Of a stretch of DNA of 64,000 nt, positions 59,501 to 64,000 are shown piece after piece. The DNA lies in NCBI GenBank assembly GCA_002633005.1, contig NMRA01000320.1:2720-66719 (forward strand), in the 5' to 3' direction. Position 1 is the first letter of the stretch. Each line of letters begins with the position of its first letter. A program made the translations under genes and the position numbers. This DNA comes from Phoronis australis. Lineage: Eukaryota > Animalia > Phoronida. The notes below the pieces were generated by a model. The model was not told the origin of the DNA. It did no database searches and was given only the letters and a program-made list of their open reading frames with translations.

Positions 59501-62500
59501 AAAAATGAATACTAGTAGATGTTATGAATCAACCAATGCCAGTTGTAAAGAACTCTCATTAAGCCAAAGGTATGTTAACAAGTACAATAATCTGGCTTTG
59601 AGCAAAGCTTTCAGTACCTACACTTTGTTGAATATGAGAGGATCAGTTTCGTTGGTCAGTACAGCATATTTGAAAATCGATGAGCCGTAATGTTACAGTT
59701 ACTTGCAGAGCCAAAGTAAAGGAGAGTCATGGTCCAAATGTTGCAAGCTTGTCGGGGNCCAGAAGATGGCAGTTGGAACTGCAACAAAGAACAGTGCTCA
59801 GTCAAAGTCGAGCTTGTAGAGCGTGGTAGTTGAATTACCTTGTTCACAAATCGTAAATATGCGTGTGTTTAGTGATGACGTTTGCGATATTATTATGAAG
59901 CGATTTGGACTCACAAATGGGAATAGAAATGCAGTCGCATCTAATTTTTGAAAATTTCCAAGTGTTGTTTTTCCGATTTAGGTAACCACTAGGGCAATTT
60001 AGCACTTGGAATTTTCACAAAATTATGGGTTTGAATTAATTGCTGTTCGCTGACAACAATTGCACTCATTGTATTCTCCCTGGGAATTGAGAAGGATTAA
60101 GATTGATTGGGTCCACTGCCATTTTCAAAGCGCTTAGTAATTTACACCACTAAGTAAATCTGTCGTAATTATTTTTGTTTTTAATTTTGAAATTTTACTT
60201 TTATTTTGAGTGGGTCAAAATGATGTCATACTAAGCAAGCGAATTGAGATGACCAATTAACTTGAAAATCGTTTCACGTTAAGGAGTTGTTACACTTTTG
60301 TGGGTCATTATGATGTCATTTAATGTGCTCATTGATTTCTTGGAAAGGTTAAAGTTGAGCTTTGGTACTGTTTGTGCCATGGCTGTATCGTCAGAAAATT
60401 GTGTGTGTAGAGAATTTATGAAGACTGAACTCTACATTTTGTTGCTCAATTAAACTGTCTCAATACTTGTGGTCTTTCATTGTAATCTAAAGATTCTAGG
60501 TGTATTTGATATCTTATCAATGTGAATATGAATTTAGAAATTGAGGTTATCAGTGCTACATCTTTCTCCGTCATGTTGAATTTGCCAAGTTATTTGTGTC
60601 ACTTTTTCGCTACTTGCGTGTTTTTGTGCATGAAGACACGCTGCTATTCCCATAGAAACCTGACCTTTAGACTGTCGACACTTGTTTTGGGCATTTGCTG
60701 GATGGTTGCTGGCCTGTTCACGGAGCTGAAAGTAAGAGTAGCAGGCAAGAGTGACCTGTAAACTGGTTTATAATGTAGTGACCAATATTGTAGGGACTGC
60801 TCCTAATCTTGACGTCTTTGGCAAGTCTTGACATCGCTCACTAAAAGAACCTAGTGACTACGGTATATGTAGTCAGTACAGAGTTTGTTTTGTGAAGTAA
60901 GCCCGATCCTCTGGCTTTTGCATTCCTTATGTTCTAGAGAATGTTCTTCTTACTACTCTTTAGCATTGGGATATCACAAAAGCATCATTCTCTTTCCTTA
61001 ATTTCAAATGGTGGCATACAAGGCGGGCCACGTTGACGGGATAAAGACAATAAAATAATTTCTTTCGTTCTCGAGCATTTTGATACGTTGGAATTTTTGT
61101 ATGAATCGTTTGAATATCCCACAATGCAACGGTGGCAGTTTGACTGTGTGATCTTCGAAGGGAATGCTGGAAGATATCCTTCTGCGTTAAGTCCATACAG
61201 GAATGAAGAATGTTCCAACTGCATTATCACCATCTAGCAACATGGCGTATTTTATCGTGTCACTGCTACATCAGAAAATGGCTGTTCAGGCATTGAAACA
61301 TCTAGTCATTTTTTTACTCCCACTGACTAGGTTATGGATCACTGCTCTCGATTATCACTTTTTTAACAGAGAAAATATATTACCGTATTCGGCCTAATAA
61401 CCACCCATACCTCTATAAGCGCCCCCCATGCGTTTTCAGACTTTGCTAAAATAAGCCCTCAGCCCATGAACATGTACGTGTGAAAAATGCCTTACTTACA
61501 GTCCTAAAATTCTACAGTAACATCTTCAATTTATCAAAAACATCCGACGGTCCTGAAAAAATCATTGTGTGCAGAATTTGTAGACCACGCCGCCTCGCCG
61601 CTATGTCGGTATTTAGCCGTGACTATACACTTTAAACTTCTGCTGTGCCTCAAAAGTTTTGCTGATCTTGCGAGGAATGTGTCCCACTATGGTCTGGCCG
61701 TTGAGAACAGACGTAGTGTACTTGTCAACGGCATTGTATTGTAGGTATTTCCTGCCCTCAAAAGGAGTCCAAATTTCTTTGTACACGTAAAAACTGCGAA
61801 TCGAAGACTAACAAAAACTTGGCCAGTGTTAAAAGCACGTGGCCAGGAAGCGGGCGCTACATGCATGTACCTGTCATCAAAAACATTATGAGTTGGGAAC
61901 TATTCATTCATGAAAAGGGTAGCATAGCATTGGCAAGAAATGAATATTGGCCATAATTTCCGACAGTTTCTAATACTAAAAAAATGTTTGCATTATTAAG
62001 AGGGATTTTTTTATTAACCATAATTGGTGTTTTTAAGCCAAATATCCGATAAAATTACCCCTGACAGTGAATGCTTACACACCCTTATGAGCTATACCAT
62101 CATTGCACACCCTTACACCGAAAAATAACTGTCAGGTAGTCACGTACGCATCCAGCCACACGGTGACTAATGTGGGCCTTACCGAGACAATTGTCGAACG
62201 TTTTTAGCACGAGATCGGCAAGTCCTGAATGAAACACGTTCTGCTTTAGTTCTACTGCTTGTGCTAATTTATTTAGATACAATTTATATCTAGCTCGCTG
62301 AGATTGCCGCTCGGGCAAATGAACTCTGGTGACACGCATACGCTTGCTTACTCACACGTGCAGACGAACTTCATAACAAATGTCACGGGACAACTACGTG
62401 TGTTCGTCCAGAGATTTTTCTTGTGTTGCCGATCATAGATGGCACGATGTAGCACAGATTTGTACTTAATCTGCCGTTAATCCCGACTCCACGGGAAGTT

Positions 62501-63946
62501 AAAAATCTTGGGACGCTATTTGGAAAACTTCAGGAGGATTTCAGGTAATTTGCTTGAATCGAAACTGTATTTTTATTCAAGTATTCAAGTCGCCATATCG
62601 ACGATTGCGATGCAGCCGTCAGTGGGCGAGTTTTCGCCGTGGGATTTCAGGACAATTTCTGTAAAATGATCGTAATTTAACAGCAAAGTTTTATAGCAAT
62701 GTACCACAATTTTGTAGAAAGACTGCCATAGGTTACAGATACGTCACAGAGCATCAATATGACGAATCTTAGCTTCCGATTTCACCCGTTTCGGAAACCG
62801 GGTTTCAACCACCTTAGGTTACAATAAGCACTGACCCCCCGGCCTGAAACGAATTTTTCTAAGCGCCCTGTGCGGTTATTAGGGTGAATACGATAGGGTC
62901 TATTCTCTCTGTAACAGACATATATTACATTTGTGCAATCACAGTTTCTCATTTCTTGGTCTCCATGCTTGTGATCTTCAGGGCTTCATAGAATTTTTTG
63001 TGATTGATCACTCCAATTTAATTACAGATTTCTGATTCCACCATGCCCTAAATTCCAAAATGTTCTTGATGGATAAAGACCCCCTTTGGAGGGAGGTATA
63101 TTTCTTATTTCTGGGGTATACATCTTAAGTTTAAAAATCCTACAAGATGGTCACACCTGTGTAGCGGGTGTATTATGGTGGTGTCTATGAGAGATAATTT
63201 TATTGGCAAAATACTCTGCCACCAATAGGATCATAGTGACATATCCCAGTCAAAAGTTGAGTAGAATAACGTCACATTCTCAAAACTACTCTAAACTGAT
63301 ACCAACCAGTATTTGATGCATAACAAGCCTGGATTGGAAATAGGAAATTTTAGTTGTATGGTTGTATCTAAATTCAATGAGAATTTAAAGAACTGTGAGT
63401 GTACAACTGCTTCAGTGAAACGTAGGACAAGTTAGGGCAGTATATGGTGTCTGGTGAAATGCTTCTCCCCCATACTTAAAGCTTCATACAACGCTGTCTA
63501 GATTCATGCTTTGGGATGGGAACCCTTGTTTTATTTTGATGAAATAGTGGGCTGCCAGTTGTTCCTGAGCTCAGACATCATTTCTAAACTGAGAAAGAAT
63601 CAAGATAAGGCCAATTTTGTAATGGTTAGGGGTCTAAATTACAATTTTTTTTCGCAGAAATTAAGGATTTAGTGCCTCTTTAAATGTAAAAAAATGAATA
63701 CTAGTAAATGTTCTGAATTAACCAATGCCAGTTGTAAAGAACTCTCATTAAGCCAAAGGTATGTTAACAAGTACAATAATCTGGCTTTGAGCAAAGCTTT
63801 CAGTACCTACACTTTGTTGAATATGAGAGGATCAGTTTCGTTGGTCAGTACAGCATATTTGAAAATCGATGAGCCGTAATGTTACAGTTACTTGCAGAGC
63901 CAAAGTAAAGGAGAGTCATGGTCCAAATGTTGCAAGCTTGTCGGGG
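56528..63946. repeat. Tandem duplication 56528-59757 / 59759-63946 around N gap (probable haplotype overlap)
   Basis: Copies meet at N 59758; the second copy has ~1 kb extra (60571-61561). Confidence 0.85.
61381..62894. mobile_element. Tc1/pogo-like non-autonomous DNA transposon with HIRAN-like remnant (left-truncated copy at ~57340-58671)
   Basis: TA-CCGTATTCGGCCTAATAACC / GGTTATTAGGGTGAATACGA-TA TIRs; internal - strand remnant YVYKEIWTP..G...N.VDKY...IVGHIP. Confidence 0.7.
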
Positions 63947-64000
63947 CATATTTATTCATTAGTGGTTGGGCTGTTACAGTTTGACCAACTCCTCATTTCC

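Noticed and set aside
59759-59818. Second copy of the TANGO2 3' coding end
   Set aside because: Starts mid-exon right after the N gap; part of the haplotype-overlap duplication.

Overview
Eukaryotic (bilaterian invertebrate-type, AT-rich, intron-containing) genomic window. It holds a complete 17-coding-exon DGCR8/Pasha gene (+, CDS 8123-28073, 624 aa by manual splicing), two copies of an intronless orphan ORF (-), a 13-finger C2H2 zinc-finger gene (-) and a 6-coding-exon TANGO2 gene (+, 47405-56588, 305 aa, one GC-AG intron). It also contains an internally deleted Gypsy-type LTR element with TSD, several MITE and Helentron/DINE-1-like repeats, a mosaic local segmental duplication (about 29-39 kb) and several duplications flanking single-N assembly gaps (probably haplotype overlaps). 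The two most notable signals are both in DGCR8. (1) A cluster of sense-strand, G-U-rich hairpins lies around the start codon, including a pri-miRNA-like ~35-bp stem with a CNNC motif at +17; it is a candidate Microprocessor autoregulatory element. (2) An in-frame 894-nt intronic terminal exon with its own poly(A) signal encodes about 11 LC8/DYNLL-binding-type (T/V)Q motifs and would replace the Drosha-binding C-terminal tail. All structures were read by eye; no searches or folding programs were run.
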